From Conidiobolus incongruus B7586 (lineage: Eukaryota), in NCBI GenBank assembly GCA_000697335.1, contig JNEM01012323.1, positions 1 to 37,344 of the forward strand: a stretch of 37,344 bases of DNA, written 5' to 3'. The first letter of the stretch is position 1. Each line of letters opens with the position of its first letter. The notes under the pieces are model-generated. The model searched no databases. It worked only from the letters and a program-made list of their open reading frames with translations, and was not told the origin of the DNA. The position numbers and the translations under genes are program-made. Positions 26,918 through 37,344 of this stretch are shown here, in pieces.

Positions 26918-26991
26918 GAGTCCCAGCTGAGTTTGGGCCTCCAGCTATCTTATTAACTGTAGGATAAGTTATACAGTTGTATCATAGAATC
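26918..26991 (-). pseudogene. tRNA-Asn pseudogene
   Basis: Gap-free 74-nt alignment to the 21294 tRNA, 45/74 identical by manual count. GTTAAT is retained; T-loop GTTC has become GCCC. Confidence 0.8.
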
Positions 26992-27224
26992 TGAGTTTAA
27001 ATCTATGATATAATTTTCATTACAATTAACTTCCAAATCACAAAATAAATCTCAATTTATCAACTATCCAAAACAAATTTCAAAATTATTTGGCCAATCT
27101 TTCCCATTACTACACAACATATCCCTCTTATAATCACCATACAACCTATACCAAAATTCAATTTCATCACGTCTATTTGCATTAAATCCCATTTAAGTTT
27201 AATTTATTGATAATCCTTGAAAAA

Positions 27225-27233
27225 TTTGCCACC
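27225..27233 (-). promoter_or_regulatory. GGTGGCAAA box, unit 3
   Basis: Exact 9-mer 234 bp upstream of the pseudo-tRNA. Confidence 0.4.
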
Positions 27234-29127
27234 AAATATCAATTTCAAGGATGTAAATATTACAATCTAAATATGGAATTTTCAGATGAAAAGATTCTCG
27301 ATAATATTGGATGAAATATATATAATTTAATAATGCATATTTGAATTTTTTATTAATTATTAAAAATATTACAAAAGGAAAAATAATGAAATCAATATTA
27401 TTTAGATATTTGATCAAATTTTATAAAGTGTAAATGATAATAATTTTAAATTAATACACAAAAATTATTACTTTGAAAATATTAGAATAATTTACATTTA
27501 AAATAATAAATATTGAAGCAAATATTATATCATATAATCATATATCAATAATACTATATTAAAATAATTTAATCACAATATTAAGTGCTTTCAATCATAC
27601 ATATTGAAATTAGGATTATATTCTCAATTGACTCTAAAATTTTTATTTCAATTGACAACACCCTAAATCTAATAAATAGTTATTTACATGTTTGAAAAAG
27701 AATTATCCTTAAATATAACACTAAATCTGAAAATTTACTATATGTGATATTGATTCAATGAGATCATATAATTCGAAAATTAGTAAAATATATTTAACTG
27801 TTAATAAATAATTATATAAATGAGTCGATTATATTAGTAATGTTTGATTGAATTTAATTTGGAATATAATATAGTACACTGAAAATAGTGGTGGCTTAAA
27901 ATATAAATTTTACTATGATATTAGATGTGTAGTTTAATAATATAAAATACTATATGATATATTTTCAAATAATTTTAATCAGCAATTTTTATCAATATTA
28001 GAGGGGATAGTATTTATTAAAAATTTAATTTTTTTGTGATTATTTATATTTTAATACATTATAAATAATTAGAAAAAAAAAAGAAAATTTATAATTGAAT
28101 AAAAAAGAAAATCTTTTATACAAAAAATTAATCCGAATACTCAAAAAATGAAATTAGATTTATAAACAATAAATAATCTGAATTAAAAAATCAATTTAAT
28201 ATTAATACAGGTATAACCAATATTATTTAATAAGACTCACTCTATATACATTCTACCATATGTACCTATTATCAAATAAACCACTCAAATCCTTTTGGAT
28301 ATATCTATTCACCAAAACGGTTAAACAGATCTTTTGAACATATATTTATATTTCGATGAATGAACTAAAATTTTTAGTGGATTAAAAAAATAGATGACAG
28401 TATTTGTGTAAGGTTATCAAAATTAGTAACTAGTATAAACTCATAGCTTTGCCATCTTTCAGTTTAGCCTTATTGTATTAGGGTTAATACTGAGCGTAAG
28501 TACGCTTCATTATATTATAACTTATTTTGAATCCCTGCATCAATTGATTGAATTCTTTTCAATATTATTGTTGTGCAGTGAAATTTAAAAATAAGGCTAT
28601 TTTAAAGTTGAAAATTTTTTTATTAATCTTAATCCTAATTAGTGAGTAAATAGAGAAATGTTGGATATTAGTTTCCAAATGGAACATTGAACGATTATGT
28701 AAAAGAAGATCAACTCTGAAGGATCTGCATTGGCAGTACATGTCTTTAGAAAAGTTGAATAAAATAATGTCCAAGTTAATATTGTTTATAAATTGAATTA
28801 ATTGATTTCACAGTTTTTTAGGGGCCTCAAAAAGGAGATTTTTTTATTGAGAGTATGAATATCTTTGAATTTACTATTTTGAATATTTTAACCAATCATA
28901 GTATCTAAAATTTTTGACTAGTTTGATAACTGAAATCTTGAAAATTTCATTTTGCTAAGGATTTAGTCCAACTTCCGAATTTAATTTGAAATGACCATTA
29001 TCTGTTATTTAAATTAAAGTAATTTTCAATTGGGAAATTACTCAACCATTATTCAAACAATTTATTTGCGGGTGTTTAGAACTAATGATTTAGTTTTTTC
29101 ATATTTTGGATGGGTGCAGGGTTTCCA

Positions 29128-29135
29128 TATATAAA
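29128..29135 (+). promoter_or_regulatory. Putative TATA box of the PH-domain gene
   Basis: TATATAAA ~130 bp before ATG 29260, flanked by GC-richer sequence and followed by a pyrimidine-rich leader. The AT-rich background weakens the call. Confidence 0.35.
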
Positions 29136-29259
29136 TGAGTGGAATACCCTACTTCCTTCAAATTTTGAAATAGTCATCTTTTCCCTCATATTACCCAAAC
29201 TTAAATTCTATTTATTTTTGCTTTCTTGTTTCAATTAAACTTGTTGTCAAGTGTTTATT

Positions 29260-30555
29260 ATGAATCGTAGTTCTTCACAATCTTTACCTAGGCCCATTAT
29301 GAAAAATGGAACGATGACTAGTTTGAAGCAATCTATCAGCTATTCAGATAGGAGAGCTTCTCAGGACATCCAGTCTAGAAGTGGCTATTCTAGTAGAAAG
29401 AGAAGAAGTGTACAGTTTCACTCCAATTGTCAGTTAGTTCCTATTCAAGATTCAGATTTTGAATTGGAAGAGCCCCAACTATCAGAAATTCTTTACGTTA
29501 AACATTGCTTTAAAACTTATGGCGTACGTGCTAGTAATAGGTCATGGCTATCATGTCTAGTTGTTTGTGAGAGGGGTCACCTGAAATTATTTAGAGCAAG
29601 ATCTAAAGATACTCAATACACAGTTGATGTTTCTAATCTTAACAACCAGCTTGGGACTTTGTCATTACAGCACTCACTTGCTAGACCGTTGCCTCAAGAG
29701 CATCACTCAACAAAAAGACCTTATCTTATTCAATTGGATCTACCAAATGGAGCAATGTATATGATTCAATTAGCAAGTGCCACTCACATTGGGAATTGGG
29801 TTGGTGTACTAAACTACTGGGCAGCACGTGAAACTACTCCCCCAAGTGAATTTCCAGCTTTTGAAAAATACCCCAAACAGCAAAAACTTTCAAGTAAGAT
29901 GTCTGCATCCTCCCTATTTCATAAATTCCTTGGTGGCGCATCTTCTCAAAGCGAAGGATTTGGAGACTGGAGCCCTCCATTGCCTCCATTAAGCCGAAGT
30001 ACACTCAATATTCGCGACCAATTAGAACAACTGGTGCAATATCACCAGATGATCTATGCTCAGATCAAAGAGTACCAGCCATCAAGTCCCAACTATGAAA
30101 CCTCCAAAGAACACGAATCTATGCAATTCTATCTCCACTACTTGAATTTTGAATTGAATCGATTTGAAATTTATATCAAAACGTTAGTTGATTTCATTCA
30201 ATTTCAGTTGAATTACAATAGTCACCACAAATTTGATTACACTACAAAATGGTTATCAACAGGAGGATATCCAGGATCGGTTGGTTCTCCATACTCCAAT
30301 TGCGACTCACCTTTGCCACTCACCTACTTGGACAGTGTCACCTGTCTTCAAACACTCCAACGACCTTCTAGTGTCGCATCGTCCACCACCTTAAACTTAG
30401 GTGCTCAGTCTAACTCGTATCAACTGCTGAGTCTCCACAACCCCGGTGCCAGTCACCGACCAATCGAGAAGCACCGCAAGAGCTGGTCTCTGAGTCATCG
30501 ATTGAGTCCGATCGCCAAACTCAAAAGTCTGAACCTGATCAAACCACAGCACTAA
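29260..30555 (+). CDS. PH-domain protein (EFA6/Syt1-like PH) without a Sec7 domain, 431 aa, intronless
   Basis: Motifs LSLQHSLA, STKRPYLIQLDLPNGAMYMIQ, WVGVLNYWAARE and DWSPP..S.L...QL..L..Y recall the C-terminal half of fungal Sec7-PH Arf GEFs. First ATG is at 29260. Confidence 0.7.
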   Translation: MNRSSSQSLPRPIMKNGTMTSLKQSISYSDRRASQDIQSRSGYSSRKRRSVQFHSNCQLVPIQDSDFELEEPQLSEILYVKHCFKTYGVRASNRSWLSCLVVCERGHLKLFRARSKDTQYTVDVSNLNNQLGTLSLQHSLARPLPQEHHSTKRPYLIQLDLPNGAMYMIQLASATHIGNWVGVLNYWAARETTPPSEFPAFEKYPKQQKLSSKMSASSLFHKFLGGASSQSEGFGDWSPPLPPLSRSTLNIRDQLEQLVQYHQMIYAQIKEYQPSSPNYETSKEHESMQFYLHYLNFELNRFEIYIKTLVDFIQFQLNYNSHHKFDYTTKWLSTGGYPGSVGSPYSNCDSPLPLTYLDSVTCLQTLQRPSSVASSTTLNLGAQSNSYQLLSLHNPGASHRPIEKHRKSWSLSHRLSPIAKLKSLNLIKPQH

Positions 30556-31606
30556 TTAATCTAAATTCACTCACTCCTCCCCCACTCCCACTCCTATACA
30601 CATATATAGAACCGAAACTATTCAATTAATAACAAAAACGCTTCTAATTAATGATTTTTACCCTATATTCAATCCTAACAATTTTTAAACTCCTACAATT
30701 TTCAAATTTACTAATATTGTTAGAATTGATATTTTTGTAGAAAATATTTATCAAGTGTTTTAGGGGTATTGATTGAAATAATATTCAAATAAATTTTAAT
30801 TATTCATTTAAATAAATGCTGGTTGTATTAATAAAATATTGTTATTAATAGGTATTGAAATGTAAGATGCTTATTCTATTTAAATTATCAACTAATTAAA
30901 TGAAAATTATTGAAAATTATGCTTTATTTTTCAAATTTTTGTTTCTCAAGTTTGAATTTAATTTGATTGATGTTCATTTTGTGTTATATGCTTCGGTATA
31001 GTTATTGTTAAATAATGATAGTAGTATGTTGATATATATTAATATTTGATAAAGTAATCTATAGTTTGATTAATAAAAAATTTTTCAATCAAGATATCAA
31101 ATCAACCTTCAAACCATTTCAACTTTATAAATTCTTTTACATTTATTAAATATGAAGAACTGATTATCTCATCAATTCTATTTTCAAATTTAAATTATAG
31201 CATTAAATAAATGTAAACTTTAAACTGATTACAATCCAATTAAACACTCAAAAATTTTTGAAATTATTGGAAGATAACCCAAACATTTAATTGATTGGTC
31301 AATTTTACGGTATTGGATTCACCACCCAAATTTTTCAAACTTCAGTAATCCTGTACCCATTCAACAATGTTAGTTTGTATATAAATAAGAAAAAGATTAA
31401 TAACTCAAGACAAGATGAAGTAGAACAAAAGTGTCTAATTCATTATATTATCTATATTATTTAGTTTAATCTTTGGTGAGATTTATACCTACCTATTAGA
31501 TATAGATAGTTGTTTTTTAAATAACAAATTATATTAATAAATCTATATTATTTGGAATTCCAATTTGTCAAATTTATATTTTTTTATTGATTGAAATCTT
31601 TGAATT

Positions 31607-34600
31607 ATGACTTCAAGGTATATAGTTTGAACTATTATATTATTGAGAGTATTGTTGATTACAAAATTTTTTAAATCTCGTTTAGACTCGATCGTCTTGT
31701 ATTATTATTAGATACGGGGTCGACACCTGCAATTCGATCCACAGCTGCTACTCAGTTGGGTGAAATTCAAAAACAACATCCCGATGAACTTCGCAACCTT
31801 TTACAAAGAGTAATATCAAATTTTCTTAGTCAATTTAGCAATTTTGTATTTATATTTTAATTTAGGTCGCTGTTCACTTACGTTCTAATAGTTGGGATAC
31901 TAGAACTGCAGCGGGTCAAGCTATCGCTGAAATTGCTAAAAATACTATGCCTTGGATTCCTCCTAACACTGTTGAAGGTAAATTTTAGCTAATTAATTTT
32001 TTATTTTTAAATCAAAATTTAATTTAAATGATAGATGGTGTTGTCATCGAACCCAAATCTCTCTTATCTTTCGATAAGTTCGACATTCAAACAGTATTAA
32101 AAAGGGGTAAAACTTTATTGGGATCAGCTGGCAAAGTAAATTTATTAAATTTTTGTTTTTGTAAATACTTTGTTGATGTTTTTTAAAATTTTTAGGAATA
32201 TGATTTAGATCTATCTCATTTAACTCCAGAAGAAAGACTTAAAACTTTGAAAAAGAATATTAAAAAAGACTTGGGTTTAGACATGGACTTTTTAGATGGT
32301 AATTTCTATTAATTTTTTTTGTCATATGAATATTAACAGGATTCTTTAGATGAATTTGATGATTTAGACGTAATTGTACCACCACCCCAAGTACAAGCTG
32401 TTCCTGAAGAGAAGAAAATCGATCTCTCTAAATTGAGCGCCCGTGAAAGAAATAAGGCTAAGAGAGCACTTAAAGAAAATGCCAAGGCAAAATCCAAAGC
32501 TCAAAAGTATATATATATTTTTAATTTTCCGTATTTATTTAATCATTAATGTATACTTTTTTTAGAATTAATCATAATGATACCACTAATCAAAGACCTA
32601 CAGCTGATCCAAGGGCTTCCATCACACCTACATCCGTGAAAACAGAAACTAACTCCAATGACACAGAAACTGTTATTGTTGAGTCTAAGCAGGTTCAGGG
32701 TCCATCCCCAACTGATCCTTATGAATGGCCTTTTGAAACTTTATGTGAAAATCTTTGTATTGACCTCTTTAATGCCAATTGGACTATTCGTCATGGTGCT
32801 GGTATTGGTCTCAGAGAAATTCTAAAATATCATGGTGCAACAGCTGGTAAAATAGGAGGCAAATCCCCTGCTGAAAATGAACAACTTCACAATGCCTGGC
32901 TTCAGGATGTTTGTATTCGTTTATTATGTGTTTTTGCACTTGATAGATTTAGTGATTTTGTTTCCGATTCAGTTGTTACCCCTGTTAGAGAAACTTGTTC
33001 ACAAACTTTAGGTGCATTAGTAAAGTTTCTTACTCCCAATGATGTCCTTTTCACTATGAAGTGTATCCATGCATTGATTGTACAACCTTCCAACTCTAAC
33101 GGATCTTCTTCTGTATGGGAAACTCGTCATGCAGGTTTATTAGGGCTTAAATACCTCGTAGCAGTTCGTAAAGATTTAGTTGCTATGCTTTTACCAGATA
33201 TTATTCAAGCTGTAACTCTTGGATTATCCGATCCTGATGACGATGTCAGAGGTGTATCAGCTGCCACTTTAATTCCTATTACACAAGAATTAGTCGAGTT
33301 AGCTCCAGATTGGATTCCACAATTGTTTATCGTATTATGGAAATGTCTTGAAGATACTAGAGACGATCTTTCAGCCTCTACAGGAAGCATCATGGATTTG
33401 TTAGCCAAGGTTATATCTTATCCTCGTGCTATGGAATCATTCCGCTCACTAACATTCCAGAACCCACATTTTACAATGTCTAACTTGGTACCAATTCTGT
33501 TTTCATATTTCCGTCATACAATTGGATCTGTTCGTTTGGCTGTCTTACATACTCTTAATATGTTTTTACAATCTAACCTAAGCACAGAATGGATTGAGAG
33601 TCGACTTTTGTGTATGATCTTCCAAAATATGATTCTGGAACAAAAGAAGGATATTATTACAGAATCTAGCAATCTTTGGTCTTTTATCATGCAAATTCTC
33701 TCAAAAGATCCCAATGAAAATATAATTAACATGTTCCAAACATGGCTACCCACATGGATCACACACTTAATGAATCCCATCGGACTTCCATACGATCCCA
33801 TTCGCTTTTTTATTCCTGATAGAGTACCTGAATCTCAAACTGCTTCCTCACTACAATCTGGCATGGATGTGAAACACAATTTGGATGCTCCTGTTTTCAA
33901 ACAAGATCTCTCACTTATTGATTTAAATTCTCTAACCCTTGGACGTATGCTCAGTGCTAAATCTATCGCACAAATTCTTCATATACTTCCTCTAACTTCT
34001 CTCGGCCCTACTCTCCAAATGATTATTCAGCCTTACATCTTTTCAGGATGGGGATTTCAACAGCAATTGGCATGTGTGATCCTAGAAGAATGGTCTTATC
34101 TTGGAATGTCACCTGAACAATCTCAAGTTGTATTTGATCTTCTTGTTCCCAACATTGCTCCATATCTCGAATTTCCCCATCCGTACCACTACTTAGAGTG
34201 CTTAGCGCATCTCAGAAAACTTCGTCAAGAAACTCAAAATTTTGTCCAATTTGTAGCTAATGAATGTAGACTAAGCCCTGAGACTATTCCTCAAATTCCT
34301 CCACATTGTGAGGGAGAAGGCCCTGATGGTTTCAATTTAATTTGGGTCTATCAAATCTGCGATCAATTCTATCAAACAGCATTTGCTAATGCACCTAAGA
34401 AATCACAAACGGCTCTATGGATAGACATCAGAGAATCATCAATTTAAAAGAGACTTATGAGGCTTCTCAACAAGAGATTGAAATTAGAACTCATGCAGCA
34501 ATTGCCTGTGCACTTATTAAATTGGCTCCATTACCAGCTAAACTCAACCCTATTATCAAATCAATTATGAACAGTATTAAAAATGAGTCCAATCTACTTA

Positions 34601-37344
34601 TTCAATCTCGAGCTGCTAAGGGTTTAGCTAACTTGGTTTGGCTCAGCTCTGAGCAATCAACTAAAAGTACTGCAGTGGATAAAATTGTCAAAAATTTGAC
34701 TTCTTTCCTATGCTCTGATCGTAAACAAACTCCCTTATTCGAAGAGCATGATCTTAAGGAAGGTATCTATGCATTAATTGACACTCAGGTTCAAGTTCCA
34801 AAGACGCGTGGTAGACAGCCCAATGAACCCCCACCAGTATACGAAAGTGAAGAGACTAAAATGTTCCGCCTTTATCAACGAGGTGCTGAAATTTCATTTG
34901 AGCAATTCTGTATTATCTGTGGAGAGAATGTTTTTACTCGCATTCCAAAGTTAGAAAATTTGATGTTTGATCAATTAAGACAATTTCACGAATTGAGTAA
35001 ATATCATATATATTTTTTAGATATTCAAGCTACTAATATTTATTAGGTGTTCAAGATCCTACTTATTCATTTATTGAATCAAGATTTTCCATGATTCAAG
35101 AATTAATTGATAGTTTGAAGCTTGTTAGTACTATTACCAACTATTTACATGCTTCACTTCATCCTAGAATTAAGGAAGCAATGACTTGGGTTATGACTTG
35201 TCTTCGAGCTCCTTATGCCATTTTACGTAGTATGGCGGCCAAATGCCTTTCAACTATTTGCTCTGTTCTCTTATCCCCTGCAATGCAAGTGTTTATTGAA
35301 TTTGGACTTCCCTACTTGGGTGATACCACCAACATTTATAATCGCCAAGGTACTGTTGAAGCAATTTACTTTATCGTCAAAAAGCTTGGATCTCAGATTT
35401 TACCTTATGTTATATTTCTTGTTGTTCCTATCCTTGGTAGAATGAGTGATACAGATCAACATGTGCGTTTAGTGTCCACCAATACTTTCGCCCTTTTAAT
35501 CAATTTAATTCCTCTTGAAGCCGGTATTCCTACTCCTGAAGATTTCCCTCCTCATCTTATTAAACAAAGAGAACATGAGCGTAACTTCATTTCCCAACTT
35601 CTTAATAGCAACGACATCCAACCTTATGAAATTCCAGTCAAAATCAATGCTGAGCTTCGTTCTTACCAGCGCGAAGGTGTCAACTGGCTCGCCTTCCTCA
35701 ACAAATACCAACTACATGGTATTCTTTGTGATGATATGGGTCTCGGTAAGACACTGCAATCAATCTGTATATTAGCTAGTGATCATCATTATCGCAAGAC
35801 CAAATATGAACAAACTAAGAGTCCAGATTCCAGACACTTACCTTCTCTCGTCGTATGTCCTCCCACTCTTACTGGGCACTGGTACCATGAAGTAATTAAC
35901 TATACAACTACACTCAAACCTATGCTATATACAGGTGTCCCTGCAGAACGCAAACGCCTTCGTGGTATGATGAAATCACATGATGTTGTAATTATGTCCT
36001 ATGATATTGTTCGTAATGATATTGATGAACTTGGTCCCATGGACTGGAATTATTGCATTTTAGATGAAGGTCATATCATCAAGAACGGTAAGACTAAAAT
36101 TACCAAAGCTGTTAAATCAATCCGAGCCAACCATCGTCTTATATTATCTGGTACCCCTGTTCAGGTATATTCAACACCAATATTTGACAGAATTTAAATT
36201 AATTTTATTTTGTAGAATAATGTTTTAGAACTTTGGTCCTTGTTTGACTTTTTAATGCCAGGTTTCTTAGGTACCGAAAAAGCTTTTAATGATCTTTACG
36301 GTAAACCAATCCTCGCCAGTAAGGACTCTAAGAGCTCAAGTAAGGAACAGGAAGCTGGTGCACTTGCTCTCGAAGCACTCCATAAGCAGGTACTTCCCTT
36401 CTTACTTAGAAGATTGAAGGAAGATGTATTGGATGATTTACCTCCCAAAATCATCCAAGATTATTATTGTGAACTCAGTGACGTTCAGGTATTTTAATTC
36501 AGATCAATGTTATTTTTTATTTTACTAATCTATTTTTAGAAACAAATGTATGAAGACTTTGTCAAAACTCAAAATGTGTTTAAAGATAAAAAAGATATTG
36601 AAAGTGATGGATTACAATCTACAAATGGTAAATCTATGCATATTTTCCAAGCTCTTCAATATATCCGTAAATTATGTAATCACCCTCTCTTGGTGCTATC
36701 TCCAAAGCATGCCAACTACAATAAATATATACACCAAATTGGAGGCGAGCAAAATATCCGACAAATTACTAATGCACCCAAGCTTGCAGCCCTCAAACAA
36801 TTGCTCAACGATTGTGGTATAGGTGTCGAACAAGATTCAGAAACTGACCCCCTTCTTACCGGTGCTGTTAGTCAACATCGCGCCTTGATCTTCTGTCAGC
36901 TCAAGAGTATGCTGGACATTGTCGAAAATGATCTTCTCAAGACTCATCTTCCCTCTGTAACCTATCTCCGATTAGATGGTTCGGTTGAAGCCAATTCTAG
37001 ACATGATATTGTACAAAAATTCAACAGAGATCCTTCCATTGATGTCCTCCTTTTGACTACACAAGTGGGTGGTTTGGGCCTCAATCTCACTGGTGCTGAT
37101 ACTGTTATCTTTGTCGAACATGATTGGAACCCAATGAAAGATTTACAGGCCATGGATCGTGCACATCGTCTTGGTCAGCGTAAAGTAGTCAATGTATATC
37201 GACTCATTGCTAGAGGAACTTTGGAAGAAAAGATTATGGGTCTTCAAAAATTCAAACTCAACATTGCTAACAGTATTGTCAACCAACAAAATTCAGGCCT
37301 CTCTAGTATGGACACTGATCAACTGCTCGACCTCTTTAAAGTAC
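31607..37344 (+). CDS. MOT1: TBP-associated Snf2-family ATPase Mot1/BTAF1, 3' end beyond the window; exons 31607-31617, 31686-31809, 31866-31977, 32035-32135, 32196-32298, 32350-32506, 32566-34996 (frameshift ~34415), 35047-36164, 36216-36488, 36540-end
   Basis: N-terminus MTSRLDRLVLLLDTGST, HEAT repeats (ALDRFSDFVSD..PVRETCSQ, WETRHAGLLGLKY), Snf2 motifs GILCDDMGLGKT, DEGH, LSGTPVQNN and helicase-C WNPMKDLQAMDRAHRLGQ. Confidence 0.95.

Larger units (their letters stand above)
24672..27240 (-). repeat. Degenerate 3-unit tandem array (period ~1.08-1.17 kb); each unit = conserved upstream block + tRNA-Asn or its relic
   Basis: tRNA or relic at 24672, 25750 and 26918. A shared block AAGYTTAA..TGATARTC..TTTGCCACC(C)AAATA lies at ~24947-25005, 26030-26080 and 27195-27238. 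Confidence 0.8.

Noticed and set aside
27063..27191. 42-aa minus-strand ORF MGFNANRR...EICFG between the GGTGGCAAA box and the third pseudo-tRNA
   Set aside because: The frame is not preserved in the equivalent region of unit 1, so it is unlikely to be the selected feature.
28478..28486. TTAGGGTTA (and TAACCCTA at ~10044) as a telomerase RNA template or telo-box
   Set aside because: Isolated 8-9-mers with no recognisable pseudoknot, and the telomere repeat of this organism is unknown.
1..37344. CRISPR arrays, prokaryotic defence systems, intact transposons
   Set aside because: This is intron-containing eukaryotic DNA. No regularly spaced repeats, transposase or reverse transcriptase ORFs, or TIR/LTR pairs were seen.

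Overview
AT-rich eukaryotic (fungal) genomic DNA with short GT-AG introns, mostly 46-76 nt and often with CTAAY-like branch sites. The composition suggests an early-diverging fungus (inference). Protein genes in order: two convergent paralogous AAAP/Aa_trans amino-acid transporters (3396-4732 +, 7174-8506 -); a membrane-anchored PA-domain M28 aminopeptidase homologue with a degenerate active site (13082-14791 +); VPS8 (15469-20319 -); a compact 8-exon shugoshin missed by the ORF track (21940-22955 -); a Syt1/EFA6-type PH protein lacking a Sec7 domain (29260-30555 +); and MOT1/BTAF1 (31607 to beyond the window, with an apparent 1-nt frameshift near 34415). There are two intact tRNA-Asn(GTT) genes (21294 +, 24672 -). 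The second begins a ~1.1-kb-period tandem array whose other two tRNA copies have decayed to ~61% identity. All three units keep a perfect GGTGGCAAA (PACE/Rpn4-like) box about 240 bp upstream of the tRNA. A candidate C/D snoRNA (10607-10693) and a candidate spliced non-coding transcript (~9582-10210) lie in the long intergenic region. All calls were made by eye, without database searches.
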